A DNA stretch of 64,000 bases from Octopus sinensis (GCF_006345805.1 NC_043017.1:8866001-8930000), one strand, 5' to 3'; shown: positions 1 through 13,975, counted from the first letter of the stretch. Notes: a model not told the origin generated them from the letters alone. Program-made: numbers and translations.

Positions 1-87
1 GCATATATATTCAAATAGACACATACATTATACACTCATAATTAAATATACACAAGTAATGCATTTTGTGTATAATATAAATATACC

Positions 88-134
<47 letters not shown>

Positions 135-318
135 CACACATAATATACATTTACACAGATACACACATACAAAAATGTGTGTGTGTTGTTTGGTGTGATA
201 TAATCTTCCCCCACCCCTGAACAGTTTACCAAGATAAGTTGAATGTTTCCATTTATTTACTTAATTCAGAGTTATAACCTTTCTCAGATTATTGTATAAA
301 CTCTAAACACACACATGA

Positions 319-349
<31 letters not shown>

Positions 350-1012
350 TGAATAAACATATGTAGCTAAACATTATACAAACACACAAACATACACACA
401 CACACACAGGTGGCTGTGCTAAATTCTATCATCCAACTGTTTCTTTTTTTTTGTTTTTGTTTTATACCACCGCCAACCCACCAACAACATTACAAGACCA
501 CTACAGTCCCAGTACCACCACCACCACCACCACCACCAAGAGCCATTATCATCATGAGGCACATCCTGTAATCTCTAAAGATCAATGGAGTGATGATAAC
601 ATTTTTATTTTATTTTAAACAATAAAATAAATAAATAACAAATAAATAAATATGCGAGTTGGCCCCTTGACCCGGATAGATAAACAAACCAACAACACAA
701 GTGTTCCTGTATTGTAAAGTAGTGGGTGAGATGTGTGTGTGTGTGTGTGTGTGTGAGTGAGTGTGTGTGAGTGTGTGTGTGAGTGTGTGTGTGTGTGTAT
801 GTGTGAGTGTGTGTGCACAGCTTAAATGAAGAGACTTAGAAAAGCCTAGTGCAAGTACTCCCTTGGCCAATTGTGATTTATGGTTGCAAAGCATGGCCGC
901 TAAACAGCATAAAGTATTCGAAATGTGAGTGTATAATAGGAGAATGTTATGGATTTCTTACAAGGACAACTGAATGGATGTTACAAGTATGTGAAAAACG
1001 ACAATCCTCAAA

Positions 1013-1161
1013 CATCATCATCATCATCATCGTTTAACGTCTGTTCTCCATGCTAGCATGGGTTGGATGGTTCGACCGGGGATCTGGGAAGCCAGAAGGC
1101 TGCACCAGGCTCCAGTCTGATCTGGCAGTGTTTCTACAGCTGGATGCCCTTCCTAACGCCA
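1013..1161 (-). mobile_element. SINE family D 3' part with (GAT)n tail
   Basis: 128/131 identical to the reverse complement of 1861-1991. Confidence 0.85.
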
Positions 1162-1350
1162 GGATGCTCTTCCTAACACCAAGGATGCCCTTCCTAACAC
1201 CAAGGATGCCCTTCCTAACACCAAGGATGCCCTTCCTAACGCCAGGATGCCCTTCCTAACGCCAATGCCCTTCCTAACGCCAGGATGCCCTTCCTAATGC
1301 CAATGCCCTTCCTAATGCCAATGCCCTTTCTAACGCCAGGATGCCCTTCG
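1143..1350. repeat. Tandem array of (GG)ATGCCCTTCCTAAC(G/A)CCA units (15-21 bp) derived from the adjacent SINE D
   Basis: About 11 consecutive units directly visible. Confidence 0.9.
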
Positions 1351-1610
1351 TAAGTTTTAAAAACAAAAGTTTGTCTATTATGGCCCTATTCGAAGAAGCA
1401 GAGGTTTGGAAAACGTTATGATGGAAGGCAGAGTAGAAGGCAATAGATCAAGAGGCAGGCAAAGAACACAATGGACCAAGAGCTAGTTGGATAAGAGTAG
1501 CAAGGCAGCAGGAGAACTTGCACTTAATCAAGAAGACTTTCAGTGTAGTGCCATCAATGCACTGCAGGTGTATGACACAAGACAATGATGATGATCATAT
1601 ATATATATAT

Positions 1611-1756
1611 GTATCATTTTTTTCTCTCCTTGTTTTTTCTGTGTCCCTTTCTGTAGAAGAGCGAAGGTTCAAAATGCAAAAGACTTTTTTCTATTCCTGA
1701 GCGTTCTGTTTGTTTGTACACCACCTGTCTTTGTCTTTTGTTTTTTCGTAAACTCT

Positions 1757-1770
<14 letters not shown>
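1611..1770 (+). mobile_element. Family G repeat (probable Penelope-like terminal fragment)
   Basis: Homologous to 59140-59320 (+) and 19760-19880 (-); contains a GAAGAG...GAAAC-like relic. Confidence 0.5.
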
Positions 1771-1813
<43 letters not shown>

Positions 1814-2010
1814 CTGTGCAGGTGGCACGTAAAAAGCACCCACTACACTCACGGAGTGGTTGGCGTTAGGAAGGGCATCCAGCTGTAGAAACACTGCCAG
1901 ATTAGACTGGAGCCTGGTGCAGCCTTCTGGCTTCCCAGATCCCCGGTCGAACCGTCCAACCCATGCTAGCATGGAGAACGGACGTTAAACGACGATGATG
2001 ATGATGATGA
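1814..2010 (+). mobile_element. SINE family D 3' part with (GAT)n tail
   Basis: gtggcacgtaaaaagcacc...catggagaacggacgttaaacgatgatg; further degenerate copies near 2640, 3280, 11640, 12860, 14480, 19430. Confidence 0.85.
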
Positions 2011-2914
2011 TAGAGAGAGAGAGAGAGCAATCAGATGTTCATAAAAAGCAACAAATATGCAATGCCTTCATCAGGCTCATTTCTATCAAATATGAACTTC
2101 TTTTCAAAACAGCAGTTAGAGATTAGCTCTGATCTTGTCTATAAGGTGTCTGTTGTTTTGATGAAGATGAAGCATAGAAATTGAACAGTGGGTGTATTTA
2201 TTGCTGAAGTGCAACATAAACCAGGTGATATTCGAGTTCTCTCAAGTGCCATGTGTGGTTTGATAATGTTGTGCTCATAGTTTGTCTCTATGTTAAAGGT
2301 GGACTTAAGTATCAGCTCTTGAAACTCGTCAGACATTCCAGTGTTAATGTGTAGAGGGTTGTGTGTCACCTGGGACTATCACTATAGCACAATAGATCAA
2401 TGATCCAGCTTTGTAATAGAATATTCTGAGGCCATAGCTCTTTATTTTAGTAGTTGCACAATCTTTTTTGTTACCTAGATTAGCAGGATTATGTTAGTAG
2501 CTATCCATGGAACTGTCTTTGTGTTCTTGAGCTCCTTAACTGGTGTTTGATGTCTACACACACACACACACACCACACACACACACACACCACACACACA
2601 CACACACAAGTATAGCTTAAGAAGTTCATTTCTCAACTGTACAATTTCAAATTATGTGTCACAGTATGGCATTTTGGGTAAGTGTTGCCATACACTTGAC
2701 CAGTAGACACTTGCCCAACACTATACTGGCTGATGCCTTTCCTAACAAAATCTGTGGGCAAATCCATTGTATCTGCATATAAACACAGTGGATTACAAGT
2801 CACAAAGAGGCCTGAAGTTTTAATAGCTTTCTTTAAATTACATCTTTTTTGAATCATTATCAAATATTGAAACGTCATGAACAGGTTTCAATATTTAATG
2901 ATATTTAAGAAAAG

Positions 2915-3130
2915 GGTGTGAGCTGGCAGAAACATTAGTAAACCAATTGAAATGCTTAGCGGTATTTTGTCTGTCTTTATATTCTGAGCTCAAATTTCAC
3001 CGAGGTCGACTTTACCTTTCATCCTTTTGGGGTCAATAAATTAAGTACCAGTTGCGTACTGGAGTCAATCTAATCAACTGGACTCCTCCCCCAAAATTTC
3101 AGGCCTTGTGCCTAGAGTAGAAAAGAACTA
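2915..3130 (+). mobile_element. tRNA-derived SINE family A (alternative 3' end)
   Basis: gagctggcagaaac head, gaggtcgacttt...cctttcatcc core, ccccaaaatttcaggccttgtgcc tail. Confidence 0.8.
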
Positions 3131-3209
3131 TATTTAAGAAAAACACAAGAAAATATGATTATAACAATTGATTAAAATGACAGACCTTTTCATGACTTCT
3201 GGCTCACTC

Positions 3210-3265
<56 letters not shown>

Positions 3266-3618
3266 CATACATGAAGCACTTAGCCCACTCTACGGGGTGG
3301 TTAATGTTATGAAGGACATCTAGCGATAAAAACCTTGCCAAAACAGACACAGTAGTCTGATGTAGTCTTCAAACTGGCCAGCTCCTGTCAAACAGTCCAA
3401 CCCATGCCAGCATCGAAGACAGATGTTAAATGTTAACAATAATGATTTATATACACACACATATATATATATATATATAAAAATAAATCAAAAACTTTGA
3501 AAAGATTAGGGTCATTCTGGGGTAGGGGTAAGATTTTTATATAGAATTAATTTTTAATTTAAAGAAAATTTTTCTTCAAGTAGACTGAATCAAAAATATT
3601 TTGCAAAATTCTTTTTAA

Positions 3619-3960
3619 TGCTTCCCAACCACATGGTTCCAGGTTCAGTTCCACTGCATGTTACTTTGTCAAAGTGCCTTCTACTATAGCCTCTTGGGAT
3701 GACAAGGCCTTGTGAATAAATTTGGCAGACAGTAACTGAAAGAAGCCAGTCATGTCTGTCTGTGTGTGGGATGGGCTGTATCTGTGTTTGTGCCCTACCA
3801 CTGTTTGACAACCGGTGTGGGTGTGTTTATGACCCTGTAACTTAGCAGTTCTGCAAAAGAGGCCAAAACTTTAAACAACCAAGTGCTGGGTCAATTCATT
3901 CATCTGGAATCCTTCAAGGCAGTGCTTGACCATGGTTGCAGTTACATTTCTCAAGTGACA
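3619..3960 (+). mobile_element. SINE family B, degenerate
   Basis: cccaaccacatggttcc...gacaaccggtgtgg...cagtgcttgaccatgg matches the family B consensus. Confidence 0.7.
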
Positions 3961-5454
3961 GTATACTGCACTATAAATTGCACTTATGCAACAGTGCATA
4001 TAATAGCAATGATGACAATGGTTATGGTGACGATAATGATGATGATGATGATCAATAGCAAAATATATATATATACATCCACATGTAATTCATCATGCAG
4101 AGACACATATTCATGCTCATATCATTGGATGGTGTACAAACCTACAAGTTACATTGGAAACAGAAATCAAGGAAAGATAACTCAAGTGAGACTTAGTTGC
4201 ATTGCAGCATATCTTAGCACAAATTATCTTTCCTGCACTTGTTTCCTTTTGCTATCTCTCCCTAACCAATTACTGAAACCCCTTAAATACACACACACAC
4301 AATGGATGGGTGAAGTCTTTTCAACTCCAATAAAATGCTATTTTACTCTACCCACAGTATCCAGGTACTATTTTCTCCACCTTGTTTTGACCCTGTGTGT
4401 TTGCACACGCAAGGTGCAGGTATAGCTATGTGGTGAGAAATTTGTTTCCCAACCATGTAATTTCAGGTTCAATCCTGCCGAGTGGCATCTTGTATATGTG
4501 TCCTCCATTGTATTCCCAGGCTAGCTAGGACCTTGGGAGTAGATCTGGTAGAATCTAGACAGAGGCTGAAAGAAGCCACCCACCCTGCCATTGTGTGTGT
4601 AAATGTGTTACTGTCTCCTTGCCTTGACATCACGTTGTAGCTGTAAACGAGCGTCTCTGTTATGCAGGCGGTGTGCTTCGTTTCCAATTTTCAGTCAAAA
4701 CATATCTGGCAGCAGGGAAAATATTAACCTTACTCACAAAGAGATGAGGAGCAATGACAGAAAGGACATCCAGCCATAGAATATCCACTTCAACAAATTC
4801 TGTCTGACCCATGTGAGCGCATGGTTTCAGGTTCAGTCCCACTCTGTGTGCGTTGGGTAGACGGAAAATGAAAGAAGCCTGTCATATATGTGTGTGTGTC
4901 CCGTCGTCACTGTTTGACAACTAGTGCGGGTGTGTTTACATCCCCATAACTTAGCAGTTCAGCAGTATTGGGGCATAAATAAACCAATACCAGTGGTCTC
5001 ACACACACACATTTGTGTGTATAACAGGATTCCACACAGTCTCTGCCAAACAATTTCATTCACAGGGCATTGGTCGGCCTGGAACGTAGTAGAAGGCACT
5101 AGGTTTTTTGTTTGTCTGAATTTAATTGTTTGTAACTTCTATATAAATAATATTAAAAAACAAACAGAAAAGCTATCAGGATATACAGTGATATCTTTAA
5201 ACCTCAATTCTAACAGGTGAAAGAACTAAAAAGTAATCTTGATTGCTCAAATTGGTCACATACTTTGCGTGCTTTCCATTAATTTAAGAAATATTGAATT
5301 AATACAGGAACTGGAATTGGTAGTGCCATAAATTACTGAACAGAAAGTTTTGTGAGCCAACTCCACAGAATATCACAACCACACTACAATAGACTATAGT
5401 ACCACACATCACACCAAAAGATTCCACAATACCAAGACAGAGTAATTAAATACG

Positions 5455-5685
5455 TATTTCTTTACTACCCACAAGGGGCCAAACACAGAGGGAACAAACA
5501 AGGACAGACAAACGGTTTAATTCGATTATATCGACCCCAGTGCGTAACTGGTACTTATTTAATCGACTCCGAAAGGATGAAAGGCAAAGTCGACCTCGGC
5601 GGAATTTGAACTCAGAACATAAAGACAGACGAAATAACGATAAGCATTTCGCCCGGCCTGCTAACGTTTCTGCCAGCTCGCCGCC
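5455..5685 (-). mobile_element. SINE family A, full length
   Basis: Reverse complement of ggcggcgagctggcagaaacgttagc...gggtagtaaagaaata. Confidence 0.9.
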
Positions 5686-5699
5686 TTAATACGGAGGAC

Positions 5700-6370
5700 G
5701 GGTTTATAGTTTCAGCTTATAGAATTCCGTTACTGGAGTTTCGAGTCCTTTTGTTACTCCTAAACATCAACCAATCCCAGACGGGCCAAGGTGATCGAAC
5801 AGCTCCTCCTCATAATCGATAACCGTCAGAGAGGGATGGAGATGTGTGATGGTGGAGCGGGGGAGAATGAGCGGACACAAAGAAAGGAAGAAGGGGGCTA
5901 AGCAGGGAGTCAGACAAAGAGAAGGAGAAGATGGAAGAAGAAGGTAGGCAGACATTGGTTAACAAACTTTAAAAAAGACTTGGCGACATACAAAGAGAAA
6001 GGAACCAGCCAGAGAAAACAGGCCACATTGGGAATTGAGGACAGTGATGTAGGAGGGAGGGAGGCAAACAGCATCAACAGCATCCGTTTAAATACGGAGG
6101 GAGGAAAAAAATATCAGCAACAGGATAGGAGGAAAGACGGAAACGGGACGTTGACATATAGCCCCGAGCCGGGACGTTTGATGTTTAGTCCATGGTAGTA
6201 CTGTGATCAAAAGTGTTCCAGCCGTGGCTATCTCGTCAAGATTATATTATCTAAGGTGTTCCCCATCTTGTTTAAGGGAAATAGGATGTGATTTGGGGAA
6301 GATTTAACTAGTATTTCTAGCATGTCATTCGACCACTTAGAGACCCTGTTGGTTTGGAAACAGCGATTTT
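5700..6370 (-). mobile_element. Old LINE remnant (APE endonuclease C-terminus and downstream region, CR1/L2-like)
   Basis: GNTLDNIILT followed in another frame by (F)DH, the C-terminal pattern of APE endonucleases; IDYEEELFDHLGPSGI resembles the GPDGI region. Confidence 0.4.
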
Positions 6371-7369
6371 GGTGAATGGTGGAGGAAGGAGGGGACGCTA
6401 TGAAAAGAGAGAAAGGGGGAGAAAATACTAGGGAGTGGGGTGAGAGATGGAAGAGAATAAGAGAGAGAGGGTGAGAAATAGAAGAGGATGAGTGAGAAGG
6501 GGAGGAAGGAAGTGAGAAAGAAAAAGAAATCAAATACAAGAGAGGAAGGGAAGGGAAAGCTGAGAGTAAGGTTGAAAGGAAAAGAAAGAAGGGAAGAGAG
6601 AGTGGAAGGATTAAAGAGGGGGAGAGAAGGTAAAGGCAGAGTGAGAGGGAGGTTGGACACAAAGGCGACAGGATGAGAAAAAGGTGGATGGATGAGAAGA
6701 AAAAGATGGAAAAGGAATAAAGGAAAAGGGAAGTTGACGTGAGAAAAAGGACAGCATTCACACACTCAGATGTGTGTGTGTGAAAGACACACACAGACCT
6801 ATATATATGTATGTGTTGATGAGTGTGTGTATGTGTGTGCGCATGTGAATGTGTCTATGTATGTGTGTTAATGAGTCCTATGCGTGTGCGTATTAGTGAG
6901 TGTCTCTGTGTCTGTGTGTGTGAGAGAGAGAGAAAGAAAGACAGACACAGAAGAAAGGGGATAGAGCGAAATGCGGGGGGGGGGGTGCAGGAGGGGGAAT
7001 CAAACCTCGGGGGGGGGGGGGTAAAAAAAAATGGTGGAATTTGATGAGGGAGAAGAGATTTTGAAAGTCGCTGGTGTGATTGTAATGATAAATACTTCTT
7101 CAGCAGCAACAACAACCAGTTAGCCTTGCAACTCGGGGCCTTCTTTCCCCCTTCCTTTCAAACAGCCACCGCCATCATTTCCTAACACAACCACTACTGA
7201 CAGATACCATTACCATAATACACATCCTCCACTAAAATACAGCTACCGCCATGGGATGAGAGAAGAGGGAGAAAGAGAGAGAGAGAGAGAGAGAAAGGGC
7301 GCGCGTGCTGTTGTTTAGCCCCAGGTTAGCTCTGACCGAGTAGGCATTCATTCAGTCTTTTCACTAGAG

Positions 7370-7570
7370 CAGTGCTTTTCAACATTTTTGCTGGAGCGGA
7401 ACCCCAAGGAAACATTCCACTGGCTCGAGGAACCCCTGTGCAATAATTTAATAGTCTTATGCACACATATCTGCACAGGAGAATTAAAAATTACTGCCGA
7501 TTTTAGCAGTTTTGTAACTTCTTGCGGAACCCCTGGACTGTACTGGCGGAACCCTGGTTGAAAACCACTG
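7370..7570. mobile_element. hAT-type MITE (201 bp)
   Basis: TIRs cagtgcttttcaac / gttgaaaaccactg and perfect 8-bp TSD CACTAGAG (7362-7369, 7571-7578). Confidence 0.9.
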
Positions 7571-8129
7571 CACTAGAGTCAAGGAAACTAGGACCACACT
7601 ATCATTATTATTCGATGTCTCCCTTTCTAAGACTGTGGTGGAAAAGGGAAAGATACGTGAAATGTGAGGAACTAAGCTGTTTTTTCTAGCAGATCGAAAA
7701 ACATCGCATAGAGGCTCTGTCTTTAGCACCGTTAAGCCTCTGCAAATCGTCTGATCTGCCAGTAAGCGCAGCCGAGTATCTCTCAAATCCCAAGAAAATA
7801 AAGTGATACATTGGATTATATAAGTTCTAAATGCACCACACATAAAAAGGGGACAGTTAGGGCTGGAATGCCTACTCGATCAAACCCCACCTGGGGTTAA
7901 ATAACAGTGACAATCACCATGATATAAAACAGAGAAGAGTAAAAGAATTCGTGAGTGGCGCCTTCTCAGTCAGCTGATTACGTGGGTGCCATAGTGTGCA
8001 ACAGGGACGACCAGGGGCTATACAACTATAACTGATATGAATCCCTCACGAACTAATAAGGGAGCCCCACAGATGGTCGTTCGACCTGTCCCGAGGCGTT
8101 TTAGCTGCATGACAGGCCCCCGAGCATAT

Positions 8130-8421
8130 CATTACACTCGGCCCTAAATATTTATTTATTGAAAGCATACATAGATCAGAAATGAACCCTTAGACCTGTG
8201 GAGCTCAAATGCAAATCAATGCACAGGGCCCTGTAGAATTGGGTCCCTGGACCAGTGGAATCCCAGGGCAACTGCCCACTTCTAGACCTGTGGAGTTCCT
8301 ATGCAAATCAGTGAATGGGCCCTGTAGTATTTGACAGTATACATGGATCAGGATTTGGTCCTTAGACTTGTGGGACCCCAGGGCAACTGCCCAATTTGTC
8401 TTGTGTCTTATGACGGCGCTG
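8130..8421. mobile_element. Non-autonomous DNA-transposon-like remnant with internal dimer
   Basis: Duplicated tagacctgtggag...gggccctgtag and ccagggcaactgccca; related inverted fragment at about 54941-55080. Confidence 0.4.
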
Positions 8422-9431
8422 GACCTGCCTAGAAATAGCAAACCAAATCGGGTTTTTTTCTGTTTGGTTGCACCTGTGGAACTTTTAAAGTCTAGTGAAA
8501 ATTTTTAAAATATGGTGTATTAATGTAATTTTCCACGCTGAATCTCAAGAGATAATTCACTTTTTCTACAAAAATCTTTCTACAAAAAGTTATAGAGGTT
8601 TTAAAGTTTTATCATTTTTACCCAGTCAGAAAATATGGAAATCTCCCTCAAACCATATCCTGCTGTCTCCAAAGAAAAGAGTGGGCGTTACATTTAGGGA
8701 ATGTAGTCAGGAGTACATTTCTGAAATAAAGACGGAGTAGTCAGGCTTGCTTGATCATTGCTAACCCGAGTCTAAATAGCAACCAAATCCTACTCAAACC
8801 CAACGGGTTTTTTTTTGGGGGGGGGTGCTGTTTTTTAATACAATGAATACATATATTGTTCTGAAAATAAAAATAGATATAGAACGTGAGGGATGGTCAC
8901 ATCTGAAGTGCCTTTGATACTAAACAGAGGACACCTACTCAATCAAGTGTTGAATCAGGAGCTGAATAACAGCCATGACAAAGCCCAACGCAAAAATCAT
9001 CACCACTACCACCATCACACTCCATCGCTATCATCACCGCCACCAAACTTAATCCAGCGTCATCACCACCACCACCACCTCCCTCCACCAACTATTTCTA
9101 TCGCTATCAGCGTCACAGCCAAGTCTTTTCAGGGGGCTTGACACCCTTTCATTCGTGCGCGCTAAGGACACAAAATTACGAGGGATTTTTGACAGATGGC
9201 GTTTTGATGAACAGTAGGGAAGAGGAGAAGAGAAGGAGACCTTACGAAATGTCAGGCCTAAATAACCTGAGAAATGGCTAAAAGGTTTTCTCTCCAGGTC
9301 GCAGAAAATTATTCTCCAGCTTTTTAAGCAGTTGGAAGTGGAACCTCCACGTAACTGCTTGATATGTTAGAAATAGCCGTCAAATCTCCAAGAGAGAGAA
9401 GAAGACACATTTGATAATATAATTCTCGATA

Positions 9432-9664
9432 CCTATTTCTTTACTGCCCACAGGGGGCTAAACACAGAGAGGACAACCAAGGACAGACATAGGTATTAAG
9501 TCGATTACATCGACCCCAGTGCGTAACTGGTACTTAATTTATCGACCTCGAAAGGATGAAAGGCAAAGTCGACCTCGGCGGAATTTGAACTCACAACGTA
9601 ACGACAGACGAAATACCGCTAAGCGTCTCGTCCAGCGCGCTAGCGATTCTGCCAGCTCGCCACC
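9432..9664 (-). mobile_element. SINE family A, full length
   Basis: Near-consensus match to the other family A copies. Confidence 0.9.
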
Positions 9665-10230
9665 TTTTTCGATACCGTGATACCCTTAAAATGGTATCAG
9701 ATGGGCTCGAATGAACTGCCTTTGATTATTAAGGTCGGTTCAATCAGGGTCTAGTAATTTGAGGTCAAATAACAATAAGAAAATGGTCTTTTGTGTCCTC
9801 TAATTCATAAATTAGAAAGAACTCCCTACCCCAATGAAGGAAATTTTAAGATACTAAGAAGATATTTATTTTGGGGCTGAAAAACTTCTTCATTATTCGT
9901 CCTGTTTTCTTACAGTTTCCCCCGCTCTTAATGTTGGTTTGAAGGATGCTTGATGATATAATACAAGGCTTTTCGAATTATGCAATAAACTGTTAAGATG
10001 ACTACTTTCTCCTTATCGTAATTTGGGGGAGATAACAGGATGTTGAACTGGTAAAGGGGTGAGCGGTAGAGGAAATACAGAGAAAGGAGGTTAATAAACC
10101 CTGCTCCATGCTAAAAATAGCAACTTTTCTCCCTCAAAATACAAAATCAGAAACCTCGTGTTTCGTAATGTAGTCTCTTAGTTCTCAGGATAATTTTTAA
10201 GAAATAACAAAAAAACGCACGAGATTGAAT

Positions 10231-10610
10231 CTTTTATCTTTTGATTGGTTTAGTCATTTGACTGCGGCCATGATGCAGCACCGCTTTGAAGGGTTTCGTC
10301 TAACAAGTTAACCCCAGTACTTATTTTTTTCTTAAGTCTGGTCTCTGTTGCTGAATCGCTACGTATTGGGAGACACAGACAAACAAATACGTGTTGTCAT
10401 GCAATAGGGGTGGGGACAACACAAAGGCACCCATCCACATACATATACGTGTGGGGGAGGGGTTCAGTTTCTGTCTACCAAATTCACTCGTGAGTCTTTT
10501 TGGTTGCCCTGGGGAAATAGACGATACGTTACCCAAGGTGCCACACTGGATTTGAACTAGGAACCATGTGGCTGGCAAGCAAACTTCTTACCACACAGCC
10601 ACACCTGTAC
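10231..10610 (-). mobile_element. SINE family B, degenerate
   Basis: tagtcatttgactgcggccatg ... accacacagccac. Confidence 0.75.
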
Positions 10611-11106
10611 ATTATATGTGTACGTGTGTGTGTGTGTGTGTGTATACATACATATATACACACACACACATACGAATAGTGAGGGATTATACACACACAC
10701 ACGCCTATAAGAAAAAAGTGAAAAGATTTGATATCATCACAAATTGTTTCTAATAAAGGCAAAAGGGCTGAAATTTAGGGGGATGGAATAAGAGTTTTCT
10801 CAATCCCATTGTCCACACCCACCCACCCCACATTTAGCTGATGCTTTTATTTTATTGACCCCAGGTGGGGTAAAATGCAAAGTTGATCATGGCAAGATTT
10901 AACCTCAGAACACACAAGAGCTGGAAGAAACATCACAAAGCATTTTTTTCTGGTGCCTTTTTAAATAAATGTTTCTAATGTTGGCACAAGACAAGAACTG
11001 TAGAAGTAAACTGATACCATCGACTTCAGGACTCAAATCGTACTTTATTTTATCAACCATGAAAAGAGGAAAGGTAAAGTTGACCTAGGTGGAATTTGAA
11101 ATCAAA

Positions 11107-11486
11107 GCGTGTGGTAAGTAGCTTGTTTACCAACCACATGGTTCCGGGTTCAGTCCCACTGCGTGGCACCTTGGACAAGTGTCTTCTACTACAGCCTCGG
11201 GCCGACCAAAGCCTTCTGAGTGGATTTGATAGACGGAAACTGAAAGAAGCCCGTTGTATATATGTATATATATATATATGTGCGTGTGTGTTTGTGTTTG
11301 TCCCCCTAGCATTGCTTGACAACCGATGCTGGTGTGTTTATGTCCCCGTCACTTAGCGGTTCGGCAAAAGAGATCGATAGAATAAGTACTAGGCTTACAA
11401 AGAATAAGTCCCGGGGTCGAGTTGCTCGATTAAAGGCGGTGCTCCAGCATGGCCGCAGTCAAATGACTGAAACAAGTAAAAGAGTA
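11107..11486 (+). mobile_element. tRNA-derived SINE family B, near full length
   Basis: gtgtggtaagtagcttg...ccgggttcagtcccactgcg head (A/B-box-like), internal (TA)/(TG) tract, gactgaaacaagtaaaagag tail. Confidence 0.9.
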
Positions 11487-11900
11487 GCTAAAGAAACACC
11501 ACAAGGCATTTTTCCTCAAAACTGTAACTATTCTACAACATGGAATCCTAAACTTGAACCCTGATAAAGGCTCTATGGCGAAGGGCAGATTTGGATTATG
11601 TACTTAGTGGTATATCGTCTTGTAAGACACTTGGTTGCCTCACTGGTGCTGGTGCCACATAAAACAAGTACTCATTACACACTGTAAAATGGTTAGCATT
11701 AAGAAAGGTACCCAACCATAGAAACCAGGCTGAAGTGCATAACACAGTCTTCTGGCTTGGCAGCTTCTGTGGAACTGTTCAACCCATACCAGCATGGAAA
11801 ACAGATATTAAATGGCAATATGAATTGACAAATGGCATGAGCAATGGCCATCACCTCTCTGAGATTTAGTATAAGAGATGCAGCAGCAATCAGGAGGGAG

Positions 11901-11948
<48 letters not shown>

Positions 11949-13734
11949 TAATGGTAGTGGTGCTATACTGTTTCAGCTTTCAAGATAGATCTTTATGAAG
12001 GTCAACAACTGAATAAATTGATAGATAGGGTGACAGGGGGAAAACTGTATGCAAAATACAAATACACACTCACACACACAAGTGTTTAAAACAGACTGCT
12101 CCTGAGCGAAAAGGTCAAAGTAATTTGGGGAGCTAGGGAGCGGACATTATTAATGATGATGTGACCTGCCAAATAATAATAATAATAATAATAATAATTA
12201 TGGGGTGAGTGGGAGGCAGTGATTTTTCTGAACTAAAAAGTCTGTGAGAAAAAAACGAAAAATAGCTCGAGAAAATTTTGATAAAATGAAATGAATTTCT
12301 GCTCCATTCGGCCAGATTTTTTTTTGTTTTTGTCTACTGGGTGAACAAATGGTGGGAGTTGAAACTCATTTATTCATTCGATGATACTGGATATGACTTG
12401 TTTGTTCAAAGGGATTATGGGAAAAGAAGAAGAAAACAGGGATTTTCACATAACCCAACTCCTATTACGTAATTTCTTGTATATATGCACATATATACAT
12501 ATGAATATATGATCTTATATAAATATACCTAGATATATACACACGGGATCATATTTATATGATCTTAAATATATATGCGTGTGTGTGTACATATGATCTT
12601 ATGTCAATATACATGTATGATATTATATATCTACATATATACACAAATGCAAGCATATAGATATGGCTGTGTAGATAAGAGGCTTGCTTCCTAACCATGT
12701 TCAAGTCCATTGTGTGAAACCCTGGGCAAATGTCTCCTATTTTAGCCCCAGGCCAACCAAAGCCTTGTGAAGGGATTGGGTAGATAGAAAATGAAAGAAG
12801 CTTGTTGTGTGTGCATATATATTATACATATAGGCATGTCCCCTACATCCCTCTTCAGCTGAGTGGGTTCATGGGTGCTAGTGCCATGTAAAAAGCATCT
12901 GTACCAGTGGCACATAAATGCATCCATTCTGGTACCACATGATAGCATCTGTGCCAGAGTCCTGTTAAAGCACCCAGTACACTATAAAGTGGTTGGCATT
13001 GGGAAGGGTATCCAGCCATAAAAACCATGCTAGAACAAACAACTGGGGCCTCGTACTGCCCTCTGGCTTGCCAATTTCTGTCAAACTGTCCAACCAATGC
13101 CAGAATGGAAAACAGATGAGCACACATTGTTCACATGTAGTTCAATGTTAAAACTAGAAGGCCATAAACCCACGAGTCATCTTTTCTTAGGGATGCAAAT
13201 TTCAAAGGCTTTTTGTTAGCAACATCATTCACAAAATGAACTAAAAAAAACTAAATTGTGGACAAGCAACTTCCAGACTTTTTCTACATTTCTTGGCTTA
13301 AGTCATGAATATGAAGAGCTTTCAATGTATGTCTGAATCCCTGTCATTTTTGACAGAGTAGGCTCACCCGTGACTTCATCCTTTAGTGTTCAAATTATTC
13401 CATAGGTTCTCAAAGTGGGCTGTACCCCCTGCCCCCAGTATGGGCATATGTGTCTGTGTGTGTAATATGGATGCATAGCCTATTGGTCAAGAAGCTTGCT
13501 TGATATCCATAAGGTTCCAAGATCAATCTCAGTACATGGATACTTGGACAAGTTATTTTTTATTATTATTATTATCATAACCTCAAGCTACATAGAGGTC
13601 AGTTACATGAAATGTACCAATAATCTAATTGTCCAGCCTCAACACATTACATCGCATGCATTTAGCCAGATAATTATTATCTTAGATCAGTGTTTTCCAA
13701 CCATTTTATACCTATAGACCTGTTGTTTTTTTTT

Positions 13735-13975
13735 CATGGAGACACGTGGTAAAGTGGTTAGGGTGTTGGACTCATGACCGTAAGATTCTGGTTTCGATTC
13801 CTGGGCTGGGTGGCAGATTGTGTTCTTGAACAAAACATTTCATTTCACGTTACTCCAGTCCACTCAGCTGGCAAAAGTGAGGAATCTTGTGATGGATCAG
13901 CATCCCATCCAGGAGGGGAATTTATACACTATGGAAACCGGCCCTTATGAGTCAGCATGACTCAAAAAGGTAACT
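13735..13975 (+). mobile_element. tRNA-derived SINE family C variant inserted in an hAT-like fragment
   Basis: gtggtaaagtggttagggtgttggactcatg...ggtttcgattcc head; flanked by cagtgttttccaacc (13688) and a ggtggaccttcata continuation. Confidence 0.6.

Larger units (their letters stand above)
821..1594 (+). mobile_element. Decayed RTE (BovB-like) LINE ORF2 3' fragment, interrupted by a family D SINE
   Basis: Frame-shifted motifs PWPIVIYGCKAW, FEM*VYNRRMLWISY and YYGPIRRSRGLENVMMEGRVEGNRSRGRQRTQW, ending in a (TGA)n tail. Confidence 0.75.

Noticed and set aside
2040-2540. Unique-looking island with a 76-aa minus ORF
   Set aside because: No convincing motif; possibly an old LINE remnant, but not supportable.
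7693-7761. 69-nt open plus-strand exon candidate (IEKHRIEALSLAPLSLCKSSDLP)
   Set aside because: No recognisable homology or partner exons; chance level.
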